Part shown: piece by piece, positions 6,608-14,081 of the stretch
How positions within the stretch are numbered: the stretch's first letter is position 1
How the letters are laid out: the number at the start of each line of letters is the position of its first letter
IMG/VR virus record: IMGVR_UViG_3300049489_000151
Coordinates: 1 to 53,248 of that record
DNA length: 53,248 nt
Direction: 5' to 3' (one strand)
Source: a virus
Lineage: Duplodnaviria; Caudoviricetes
The notes under the pieces: generated by a model
Databases searched by the model: none
The model's input: only the letters and a program-made list of their open reading frames with translations
Told to the model about the DNA's origin: nothing
Position numbers and translations under genes: made by a program

Positions 6608-7005
6608 ATTACACTCCTTCGTAGTTCGGATAGATCGATTTCAATGTTGAGAGAGTTGCCAAGCCAGTACTCGATATGGGACATGATTTCAGGACCGGCA
6701 TACTCTCCTTCTAAGACACGTGACGTGATGTGCTCTTTTGTGATGGGCTCTTTTGCTGTATCAAGTTTAGGGTGCCTACGCCACAGTAAGTCCCATACTT
6801 CTTCGCTATCGCCAAACCGTTGTACTGGTATAGATGTCATCCTACCGTTCTTGAAGAAGCCAAACCTGATCGACAGCTCAGGTGCCCGCATCTCGAACAC
6901 TATCTTGTCGATTACAGGTATAGGTGTGTACCCACATCCGACGAAGCACAGGTCGGCTACAGGTAGGTCGGCTATCTCTATCGGATCTGGCACGTAGTGA
7001 ATCAC
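6604..7005 (-). CDS. Hypothetical protein with N-terminal VPDP motif
   Basis: GTG start overlapping HNH stop; GGAGG RBS; begins IHYVPDP. Confidence 0.7.
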   Translation of the reverse strand: MIHYVPDPIEIADLPVADLCFVGCGYTPIPVIDKIVFEMRAPELSIRFGFFKNGRMTSIPVQRFGDSEEVWDLLWRRHPKLDTAKEPITKEHITSRVLEGEYAGPEIMSHIEYWLGNSLNIEIDLSELRRSVM

Positions 7006-7472
7006 AGCTTGCCCTCCTTGATGAGGCGCTTGACAATCTCCTTGCGCTCCTTGCGGAGCTTCTTCTTCATCTTGCGTCGTGAGTAGTTGTTGACGAACAC
7101 AAGGGTCGTAGGGGACCCTACGTTGTCGTTTAAGCGACCTGGGGGCGTGTAGGGTAGCCCTAGGGCCAAGATTGGCATACCGGCCTCCTGAGGGGTCATG
7201 TTGGCCTTCCGCTGGTTGCACTTGAGGCACGCCGACACAAGGTTGGCCTTCTTGGAAGGGTGGCCCCCACGAGAAGTAGGAATGACATGGTCGATGGTCA
7301 ATTCGTCCCCACCTGACTTACCGCAGAACCTACAGCGGTAGCCGTCTCTTCTGAGTATCTGCTTCTTGAGTGCTACCTTCATGTCTGTCCCGTGTCTTGT
7401 GGGGGTCGCCCCCAGTACGGCTGTTACCATAGCAGCTACTACTAGGGCTGTAAACACCGCCAACGGCCTCAT
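7002..7472 (-). CDS. HNH endonuclease (McrA-like)
   Basis: RDGYRCRFCG...TIDHVIPTSRGG...NLVSACLKCN; start uncertain. Confidence 0.92.
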   Translation of the reverse strand: MRPLAVFTALVVAAMVTAVLGATPTRHGTDMKVALKKQILRRDGYRCRFCGKSGGDELTIDHVIPTSRGGHPSKKANLVSACLKCNQRKANMTPQEAGMPILALGLPYTPPGRLNDNVGSPTTLVFVNNYSRRKMKKKLRKERKEIVKRLIKEGKL

Positions 7473-8104
7473 GGCCTCAAGTTGTGCTCTAGGTCCTCTA
7501 TGCGGTCGTCAAGACCTTTGATGATGGACCCGAACGCAACTAGTGCCTTCCGCTGAGCCTCTTCGGCGTCGTCCCCGCTATCCATGGCCATATCTAACCT
7601 GTTTGAAAGGTCCTGCAGTTTGTGTGCCAGGTCGGCCACCTGTAGCACCAGGGCGTCGTAGTCGTCAGAAGTGCTGAATGCTGGGGTCTGTCGAAACGGT
7701 ATGCTGGGCGTTGACATTACATATCTTCCTATAGGTACTGTGCCCAAAGGCACTCTGGGCTTTACAAGATAGTTGGCCGTTGATCGTAGCACGACGGGCA
7801 GCCTGTCGATGCGCTTCTGTTGCTTCTTGAACTCAGCCATATCCTTTAAGTACTCAGAGTACTCGGGGTGGCTACTCAGAAGGTCATACTCCCACTTGAA
7901 ATTGGGGTCTAGCCCGTACAGGATTGGATACTTCTCTCCCTTCTTCCTGAGCTTGTCAACGGCGTGCTTAGCCCCCGACTTGGTACGGTGCGTTACTTTG
8001 GGCTTCCCGTAAGGCCTATCATGACTAAACCCCAGACTCTCCCCCACGTACTGGTGGATGGAAGAGTCATTCTTGTGCACTTGGAGCAGTAGGTACTTAC
8101 TCAT
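7469..8104 (-). CDS. Hypothetical protein, C-terminal coiled coil
   Basis: Long ORF in coupled operon. Confidence 0.7.
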   Translation of the reverse strand: MSKYLLLQVHKNDSSIHQYVGESLGFSHDRPYGKPKVTHRTKSGAKHAVDKLRKKGEKYPILYGLDPNFKWEYDLLSSHPEYSEYLKDMAEFKKQQKRIDRLPVVLRSTANYLVKPRVPLGTVPIGRYVMSTPSIPFRQTPAFSTSDDYDALVLQVADLAHKLQDLSNRLDMAMDSGDDAEEAQRKALVAFGSIIKGLDDRIEDLEHNLRP

Positions 8105-8508
8105 GGCTCTATACCGTACCACTCAAGGTCGGTGACTCTCTTAGAGAGTCTCTTGTTCTGATCCACCAGTGCCACTACGAGCGCCTCAAGGGTCTTGAGC
8201 TGCGTAAGGATTGATGTATCTCTATCCTCTAACACCTTACTGAAGGTGTATACCTTATTTCCAAGGTCGGAAACCATACGCTCTAACTTATGCATGCTCT
8301 CCTGTGTAGGTGGTAGGCCTTGGCTGTACACCCCACCACCACCTCCAGCGCTCCCAAGCCGATATGGCGAATACCCCGACTCTGGCGTAGCAGCTGTCGT
8401 CTTCATCAGACGAGACCTCATTAGCTGCTTCTCGTCGTACGCACTTTGGCTGGGTGAAGAGAAGACCATGTCTTCAATGTCTTTGTTAGTTGGGGTTTCT
8501 GGCGGCAT
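8101..8508 (-). CDS. Hypothetical protein, C-terminal coiled coil
   Basis: ORF with heptad-like C-terminus. Confidence 0.65.
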   Translation of the reverse strand: MPPETPTNKDIEDMVFSSPSQSAYDEKQLMRSRLMKTTAATPESGYSPYRLGSAGGGGGVYSQGLPPTQESMHKLERMVSDLGNKVYTFSKVLEDRDTSILTQLKTLEALVVALVDQNKRLSKRVTDLEWYGIEP

Positions 8509-8581
8509 GGCGAGCACCTTACTCCCATGGAGCAGCTCGTGTCAACCCACGGGCCCGAGAAGTTCTCCCAGAAATAGCAGC

Positions 8582-8995
8582 TCAATCGTACGACTTGTAC
8601 GCACGGTCCCCTGTCGGGTCCTTTTGCTGGTCCACATCGCCCCTGAACGGCGCTGAGAAGTTGGCGTCCTTGCCATCCCAGTGGGATACCGGTATCAAGC
8701 GGTCTGGGTCAATGGAGGACTGCACTGAGAGCCTGTGGTGTCCGTTGATGAACTCTGAGCCCCCATCGGAACGGCGACCGTGCTCAATGGCTACTGGGTG
8801 CTTCACACCATCTCTGGCGATGGAGTCGTACATCCCTGACTGCTTGGAGTTCATCAACTTGAAGCCTGGTCCTTTGGGCTGTTCGTGGGGCAGGCCCCCC
8901 ATGTTGGGGCCGAAGTCACCATAGGCAGAGACAGACTCACCAATCTCACGAGGAGTCATGAACATCTTGAGCTGCTCGCCCTTTTCCCCGAGCAT
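8582..8995 (-). CDS. ParB/Srx-like domain protein (paralog 2)
   Basis: QLKMFMTPRE...YDSIARDGVKHPV...NGHHRL. Confidence 0.8.
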   Translation of the reverse strand: MLGEKGEQLKMFMTPREIGESVSAYGDFGPNMGGLPHEQPKGPGFKLMNSKQSGMYDSIARDGVKHPVAIEHGRRSDGGSEFINGHHRLSVQSSIDPDRLIPVSHWDGKDANFSAPFRGDVDQQKDPTGDRAYKSYD

Positions 8996-9153
8996 TAGTA
9001 TCCGTTCTGACCGTCTGGACGATGGGCACGCTCCAAGGCACGCTCAGTCCAGCCAGGCTGGATCTTGTCCATCTCCTCGCCAGTCAGGCGCTTTGGGCGA
9101 AGCTGGCCCCCCTCGTTGGGTGGTGGTGTAGTGAACTGAGGTCCTAGATCCAT
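8995..9153 (-). CDS. Small hypothetical protein (MDLGPQF...)
   Basis: TAATG coupling to downstream gene. Confidence 0.55.
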   Translation of the reverse strand: MDLGPQFTTPPPNEGGQLRPKRLTGEEMDKIQPGWTERALERAHRPDGQNGY

Positions 9154-9163
9154 ACCCACTATC

Positions 9164-9454
9164 TTAGCGCACACTCTTTCTGGCTCGGCGCAAGTACTGC
9201 TCTTCTGACGCTTTGTCCCCCTCTTTCTTGAAGACCCACCAACGCTTCCCACGTGGGTCCTCTAGACCGTAGCAAGGTTTGCCCCTGTCCTCTTCGACTA
9301 CTGAGTAGTTGTCTTCCTTAAAGTGGGGCGGAGGGTACTCTCCTACGTAGTAGACCGTGTAAGGCTCCACAGGATTACTGAATATCTCTAGGTCGAGCAC
9401 GTCCCCCACCGCCATGGAGTAGTCCAAGGGTAGGGGGTCTGGCACGTAGATCAT
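9164..9454 (-). CDS. Hypothetical protein with N-terminal VPDP motif
   Basis: Begins MIYVPDP; AGGAG RBS; ATGA overlap. Confidence 0.7.
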   Translation of the reverse strand: MIYVPDPLPLDYSMAVGDVLDLEIFSNPVEPYTVYYVGEYPPPHFKEDNYSVVEEDRGKPCYGLEDPRGKRWWVFKKEGDKASEEQYLRRARKSVR

Positions 9455-9726
9455 GTCCACTCCTGTTTCGACCAGCTCAGATCGATCCCAAGCGTTTTCT
9501 TGAAAGCCCGAAGAATGGCCTCGTGAATCACATCGATATGCTGGTCGTCCAGCCTTCTGGGAAGTCTCTTCGGCTCAGCGTCTGGGTCGTCGTTGGTGAA
9601 GTCGTAGAACCAATGCGGGCCGAACACGCCCCCCTCTCCTTCACTATTCAACTCATAGTCATGATGTTCCCTTGTCCGCTTGGGACGTATGTCGTAGAGG
9701 TACCAATGACCATTCCAGCCGCTCAT
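9451..9726 (-). CDS. Hypothetical protein
   Basis: GGAGG RBS; ATGA overlap. Confidence 0.7.
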   Translation of the reverse strand: MSGWNGHWYLYDIRPKRTREHHDYELNSEGEGGVFGPHWFYDFTNDDPDAEPKRLPRRLDDQHIDVIHEAILRAFKKTLGIDLSWSKQEWT

Positions 9727-10028
9727 TCCTTCCTCCTCTGTACATACCCTTCACCCTCTACCCACTGGTACTCAACGGTGATGACGTTGACGTACTTGGT
9801 CTTGAGAATGGCCTCTACTGCTGGCTGCAACTCCCCGAAGGTGACATCTGCAGGGAGTGGCTGCATGACAGGCTCTAGGATCTGCCCCAAACCCTTCTCG
9901 TTAGCAGATTGGGCGCACAGTCCATGGTTACGCCCCCCATCACTGTACAAGGTAATGATGTCATCCACCTTCTCAGGACTGGTCTTGCTACAAAAGAAGT
10001 CTGTTGCGTACTTCCATGCGTCATTCAT
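9723..10028 (-). CDS. Hypothetical protein
   Basis: AAGGAG RBS; ATGA overlap. Confidence 0.65.
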   Translation of the reverse strand: MNDAWKYATDFFCSKTSPEKVDDIITLYSDGGRNHGLCAQSANEKGLGQILEPVMQPLPADVTFGELQPAVEAILKTKYVNVITVEYQWVEGEGYVQRRKE

Positions 10029-10315
10029 GACTGCTCCTTGGGCCGTGTGATTGTGCGCTGGATGAGCCGGTACTCGTACTTGCCCCCCGGTACCTTGGTG
10101 CACGAGATCTTGTACCCATGCTTCCTGCGAAGGTCACGCACACGGCTCGTACCGGCCGTACCGAACCGGCCCGTAGTCAAGTCGTCCGTAGTCAACGGGC
10201 CCTCCCTCAGCGCTTCCAGCACTTCTCGCTCCTTGTTGGCCTGGTCGTCCTGTTCTTCTGGTGACATCCCTGGGTGCATGGCGGGCACTCTAGTACGTCC
10301 CTCTGTTCCTGTCAA
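10025..10315 (-). CDS. Winged helix-turn-helix protein
   Basis: VLEALREGPLTTDDL...SRVRDLRRKHGYKI. Confidence 0.7.
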   Translation of the reverse strand: MTGTEGRTRVPAMHPGMSPEEQDDQANKEREVLEALREGPLTTDDLTTGRFGTAGTSRVRDLRRKHGYKISCTKVPGGKYEYRLIQRTITRPKEQS

Positions 10316-10727
10316 CCTTTAACCGATTGACTCCGTTATCAGCGATGCACTTCCAGATGTCCTCTGTCGTCCACCTGGTAGCGCGCTCTTTCCCATCGGT
10401 ACTGTAACTACGTAGTGTCAACCGTAGGTCGGGGAAGACTTGCAGAAGCGCACTCGCCACGTACGCCACAGCCAGGGCGTATCCATACCCTTTGGTCAGT
10501 TCCGGGTTCAGGGGGCCCAGATCCTTTCCAGATGCGCTGGTGAGCCAGAACACGAACTGTCTCACTACGTCTTCGTTCTGGGGGTCGATCTGCTGCATAG
10601 ACAAAACTGTCTCGCCCTGGCTGGTGAAGTCGATCGTGGTGGCCACTCGCATATTGGGGAGCATAGTGTGCCTATCGATTCGTGTCAACCATCGGGGGGC
10701 CATTTTCAGAATGGGCCTATAGAGCAA
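10290..10727 (-). CDS. Hypothetical protein (start uncertain)
   Basis: First ORF of the leftward unit. Confidence 0.55.
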   Translation of the reverse strand: MLYRPILKMAPRWLTRIDRHTMLPNMRVATTIDFTSQGETVLSMQQIDPQNEDVVRQFVFWLTSASGKDLGPLNPELTKGYGYALAVAYVASALLQVFPDLRLTLRSYSTDGKERATRWTTEDIWKCIADNGVNRLKVDRNRGTY

Positions 10728-10817
10728 GGTGGAGTTGCTCTCGGCTCTGAATACCTACCCCCTCACTCTCCGTGGCATCCGACTTAAGGGAGGGGGGTCT
10801 AATCTCACGCTGAGTGA

Positions 10818-11247
10818 TGTGACGTTTGCCACAGCAATACCAGAACTGGAGTTCCTGTGACGTTTGTCATAGCTGTGGATAACTGCTGTGACGTTTGTCA
10901 TAGTTGTGTGGTTATCCACACACTGTGGACAGTTATCCCACTATGAGTGGTGATATGGGGATATGACTACTCACAGTGGTCACTGTGACGTTTGCCACAC
11001 GCGCCCATTGCCCCCTATATGGCCATATGCGCCATTTGCCCCCCATTACGCACCAACCATGCCAACCCCCCTGTGGATTACGTCTTCTAGCCCCTGTGTA
11101 TAACTCATTCTCATTGGGGGCGAGGCCCCCAAACCCTTATGCCATATGGGCCCCCCACTGGTAATGAGACTCAATGAGAATAGAACTGAGAATAGACGTT
11201 ATCCACAGGAGTCGTAGGGGGCCATATCATCTGTGCCAAACGTCACA
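10818..11247. repeat. Five copies of 16-mer TGTGACGTTTG(C/T/G)CA(C/T)A
   Basis: 10818-10833, 10856-10871, 10887-10902, 10984-10999, and inverted 11232-11247; resembles the CRP box TGTGA-N6-TCACA. Confidence 0.9.
10874..11207. promoter_or_regulatory. DnaA-box cluster (origin-like region)
   Basis: TGTGGATAA 10874, TTATCCACA 10912 and 11199, TGTGTATAA 11095; near-matches at 10924 and 11072; sits at a divergent strand switch. Confidence 0.75.
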
Positions 11248-11672
11248 GCCCTAGTGTTGGCCCTACTGTGCGTGAGGGGTTGACCACTTGGCGTAAGCGG
11301 GTAGGAAACGGAGGTGTTGCACCCATTGTGTCAGTTGCTACCGAGGAGACGCAGGTGTTGTGACCCATGGGATATCAATTCACCCACCATCGGAGAGCTG
11401 GGAGCAGGCATGTAGATCCGAGCCTGGATCTCGTCGTGCTCACCACCAGAAGCAGGTCTGTTCCTACATCTCTTGTCTCTCTCTCTACTGTGTTGTCATC
11501 CCCGTGGGGGGCGAGGTTGGGGGCGCCCTGTCATCGCAGAATCACGTGAGCAGGCCCCAGGAGAGCCCAGGAGGCTCGCAGGCGGATACAGAGCTATGAC
11601 GGGCTTAGAAACGTGGAGATCGCCATACATGGGTACGAACATTACAGTTTGGTTACATCTCCCTGTATGACG

Positions 11673-11700
11673 TTGTCTGCCCGTTGGGGGCCAGTATGGT
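11673..11700 (+). promoter_or_regulatory. Candidate promoter of the rightward early-like unit
   Basis: TTGTCT-N16-TATGGT immediately upstream of a GC hairpin. Confidence 0.45.
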
Positions 11701-11703
11701 TCC

Positions 11704-12114
11704 TCTTGCCGCCCCGCATATCGGGCGGCGAGGGAGAATCCCCTCCGCACTACCGGCGCAGACGTTGCGCTTGCGGACATGGGAGCCAAGTCACCCGAAA
11801 GGGGGCGATCGTCCCGTCGAGACTCAGGGGGACCGCTGGCACGCTGTAGGGCGTGGGCCAGTCTTCCTGAGATCCAGCACGCTTATCACGTCGCTCGGGG
11901 GGAGATCCGAGAGCATCTAGTCCTAGTCCACTGGGAGCAGGCTCCGGGAGCACACAAGGTTGCTCAGTCGTTTCATCCTTCTCACCCGCAAGGGTTCGGC
12001 ACTGGCGTCCGTACAGCAACCTCCCGTGATTGGGTTGTGCTCGCTCTCATCCACTCTGAACACGCCCCTCGCAGGCCCTAGTAGAGAGTGGATGGGGGCG
12101 AGGACAATCCGGTC
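11704..12114 (+). ncRNA. About 410-nt structured leader or ncRNA ending in a 30-bp hairpin
   Basis: Successive hairpins with GAAA/GCAA loops; 12028-12057 pairs with 12085-12114 with several G-U pairs and one mismatch. Confidence 0.55.
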
Positions 12115-12138
12115 CACACTGAACATTGGAGACACACA

Positions 12139-12357
12139 ATGAGCATTGACCTGGTAATCAAGGCCGAGACCGAGGGACTCGACACCGAGGAAGAGGTGAT
12201 CGAGCTGGCCATATTCGTACTCGATACCAAGCTGTATCGCTCCCAGGGGTCATGGGGGCGATTCCTTGCCAACCTGCAAGAGACGGACTTGTGGGCAGCA
12301 GTTGAGGCCCACTACGGCGTGACGACTCCTGCCATGGACGACAACCCGATCAGCTGA
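12139..12357 (+). CDS. Small phage protein (SQGSWGR motif)
   Basis: RBS TTGGAG; leader ACATTGGAGACACACAATG is identical to that of the gene at 13186. Confidence 0.8.
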   Translation: MSIDLVIKAETEGLDTEEEVIELAIFVLDTKLYRSQGSWGRFLANLQETDLWAAVEAHYGVTTPAMDDNPIS

Positions 12358-12360
12358 ACA

Positions 12361-12421
12361 TGCCGAAACCCCTTCGGGGGTCGGTGGGGGGTGCTTCCCC
12401 CACCCTGACGATGGCAGGCAC
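12361..12421 (+). ncRNA. Type II hammerhead ribozyme 1 (cleavage predicted after C12382)
   Basis: TGCC-GAAA-CCCC(TTCG)GGGG-TC-GGTGGGGG(GTGCTT)CCCCCACC-CTGACGA-T-GGCA; 3' tail AGGCAC pairs with loop I. Confidence 0.93.
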
Positions 12422-12448
12422 CACGACACAAGCAAGGGAGACATCACC

Positions 12449-12757
12449 ATGCGTTCCACCACCTACTCACAGCGACTCGACAAGAACGACAAGCGTCCTG
12501 ACCTCACAGTGCAGACCTCACAGGGTCTCGACAACGACATGGTCATCGTCACGGTTGGTCCCATTGGGGGCCCGTTCCAGACGGTGTACCTCTCGCCCGC
12601 CCAGGCACGTGCCCAGGGTGCGGCCATGATCGAAATGGCCGACGAGGTGGAGCCTCGCCAGCAAACGTGCCCCACTTGCGGCCACGTCGCAGATCACAAC
12701 GGGTGGTTCTGCGGTAACGGTTCCTTCCACACTCTCGACAAGGAAGTGCAGTCATGA
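12449..12757 (+). CDS. Hypothetical protein with C-terminal CxxC motif
   Basis: AAGGGAG RBS. Confidence 0.8.
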   Translation: MRSTTYSQRLDKNDKRPDLTVQTSQGLDNDMVIVTVGPIGGPFQTVYLSPAQARAQGAAMIEMADEVEPRQQTCPTCGHVADHNGWFCGNGSFHTLDKEVQS

Positions 12758-13101
12758 GCGACCGAGGAGACTTCGAACAGCGGTCACGTGTCCTGAGCGC
12801 CACGTACGACTTCGTGGACTGGATCAACAGTCTGGGCCACCTTTCACGCCTGTCAGGGGGGGCCACTATCCCGAACGGCTACCACTACAGCGTGGACACT
12901 CCTGGCAAGAGGTTCGTCCGCATCGTGATGCACACGCCTTCCCGCAGCGTCCACGCCTTCGTGGACCTCACCACGGGTGACCTCCTCAAGGCTGCAGGCT
13001 GGAAGGAACCGGCCAAGGGTGCCCGTGGTAACCTCCTGACCGGTCAGGACGAGGTGCGCCAGCGCTTCGACTGGAGTGGTCACTACTTATACAAGCGATG
13101 A
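12754..13101 (+). CDS. Conserved phage hypothetical protein
   Basis: RFVRIV...SVHAFVDLTTGDLLKAAGWKEPAKGARGN. Confidence 0.8.
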   Translation: MSDRGDFEQRSRVLSATYDFVDWINSLGHLSRLSGGATIPNGYHYSVDTPGKRFVRIVMHTPSRSVHAFVDLTTGDLLKAAGWKEPAKGARGNLLTGQDEVRQRFDWSGHYLYKR

Positions 13102-13161
13102 GCCGAAACGCCCGCAAGGGCGTCCACCAGGAATGATCTCCTGGTGCTGACGAGGCAGATC
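13102..13161 (+). ncRNA. Type II hammerhead ribozyme 2 (cleavage predicted after C13124)
   Basis: GCC-GAAA-CGCCC(GCAA)GGGCG-TC-CACCAGGA(ATGATC)TCCTGGTG-CTGACGA-GGC; tail GATC pairs with loop I. Confidence 0.94.
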
Positions 13162-13185
13162 CCGACATCACATTGGAGACACACA

Positions 13186-13827
13186 ATGGCCAGCGAGAAG
13201 CAGATTGGCTTCATCACGAAGCTCATCAATCAGAAATACGTACCGGAGCAGGCAGGCCCCATGCTGGAGGCAATGCCCTGGGATCAACTCGACAATCGAC
13301 AGGCGTCGGCAGTCATTGAGAAGCTGATGAAACAGGCTGACCTCCCAGACCCGGCAGTGCCCGACGTGGTCTCTGCTGAGGCTCGCCACGGCGTCAATAG
13401 CTCGCAGGGAGCATGCGCCACGTGTGGCCACGTAGTAGCTGCTAACGCAGGATACTACTACGGGCCATTCCCCACGGGGAGCCGGTGGCAGACTCACCAC
13501 CGAGTCGGTGAGTGCAGCACCGAGCCCGCCCCCACGCCGGTCACGGTGGAAGAGGGTTGGTACGTGGTGGGAGATACGATCTTTCAGGTGTACACAACCC
13601 GCAACGGTCGGCTCGCTGGTAAGCGAGCCGATGAGCACACGGGCAAGATGGTCTACGCACCTGGGGCTGTCACCACCGCATCCACGGGCACCAAGCTCAC
13701 CGTGGCGGAAGCAGCAGCGTTCGGCCACCGCACCGGTCGTTGCCTCATCTGCTCACGTGAGCTGACCGACCCCGTGAGCATTGAGCAAGGCATCGGCCCC
13801 GTGTGTATCACGAAGATCGGAGCCTGA
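13186..13827 (+). CDS. DUF6011-like domain protein
   Basis: N-terminal ASEKQIGFI; C-terminal CLICSRELTDPVSIEQGIGPVC. Confidence 0.82.
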   Translation: MASEKQIGFITKLINQKYVPEQAGPMLEAMPWDQLDNRQASAVIEKLMKQADLPDPAVPDVVSAEARHGVNSSQGACATCGHVVAANAGYYYGPFPTGSRWQTHHRVGECSTEPAPTPVTVEEGWYVVGDTIFQVYTTRNGRLAGKRADEHTGKMVYAPGAVTTASTGTKLTVAEAAAFGHRTGRCLICSRELTDPVSIEQGIGPVCITKIGA

Positions 13828-13829
13828 CC

Positions 13830-13991
13830 ATGATGGAGCACTTCACAGCTATCAAGAGCGCCATCATCCTGGGGCTGGATGTGGAGGCCGACGACCCCGC
13901 CATGAGAGACTTCCTCCCTCCCCTGACGCCCGATCAGATCGACTGGCTGGCTTCATGGTTGGTTTCGGAAGGTATCGGTAAGCGAAAGTGA
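13830..13991 (+). CDS. Small hypothetical protein
   Basis: GGAG RBS; stop abuts hammerhead 3. Confidence 0.65.
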   Translation: MMEHFTAIKSAIILGLDVEADDPAMRDFLPPLTPDQIDWLASWLVSEGIGKRK

Positions 13992-14056
13992 GTCGAAACG
14001 GGGCTTGTGCCCCGTCGTTGTAGTGTGAGAGACTACGGCCTGACGAGACATCTCAT
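13992..14056 (+). ncRNA. Type II hammerhead ribozyme 3 (cleavage predicted after C14016)
   Basis: GTC-GAAA-CGGGGC(TTGT)GCCCCG-TC-GTTGTAGT(GTGAGAG)ACTACGGC-CTGACGA-GAC; tail TCTCAT pairs with loop I GTGAGA. Confidence 0.94.
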
Positions 14057-14081
14057 CCACCCTTCACCATCGGAGACAGAC

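Noticed and set aside
10818-11247. CRISPR array or Cas system (16-mer repeats plus a Cas4-like gene at 36073-36981)
   Set aside because: Repeats are too short, irregularly spaced and one is inverted; stand-alone Cas4-like nucleases are common in phage recombination modules
12000-12060. HDV-like/theta ribozyme around CAACCTCCCGTGATTG
   Set aside because: P1/P2/P3 pairings could not be completed; the sequence is better explained by the long hairpin
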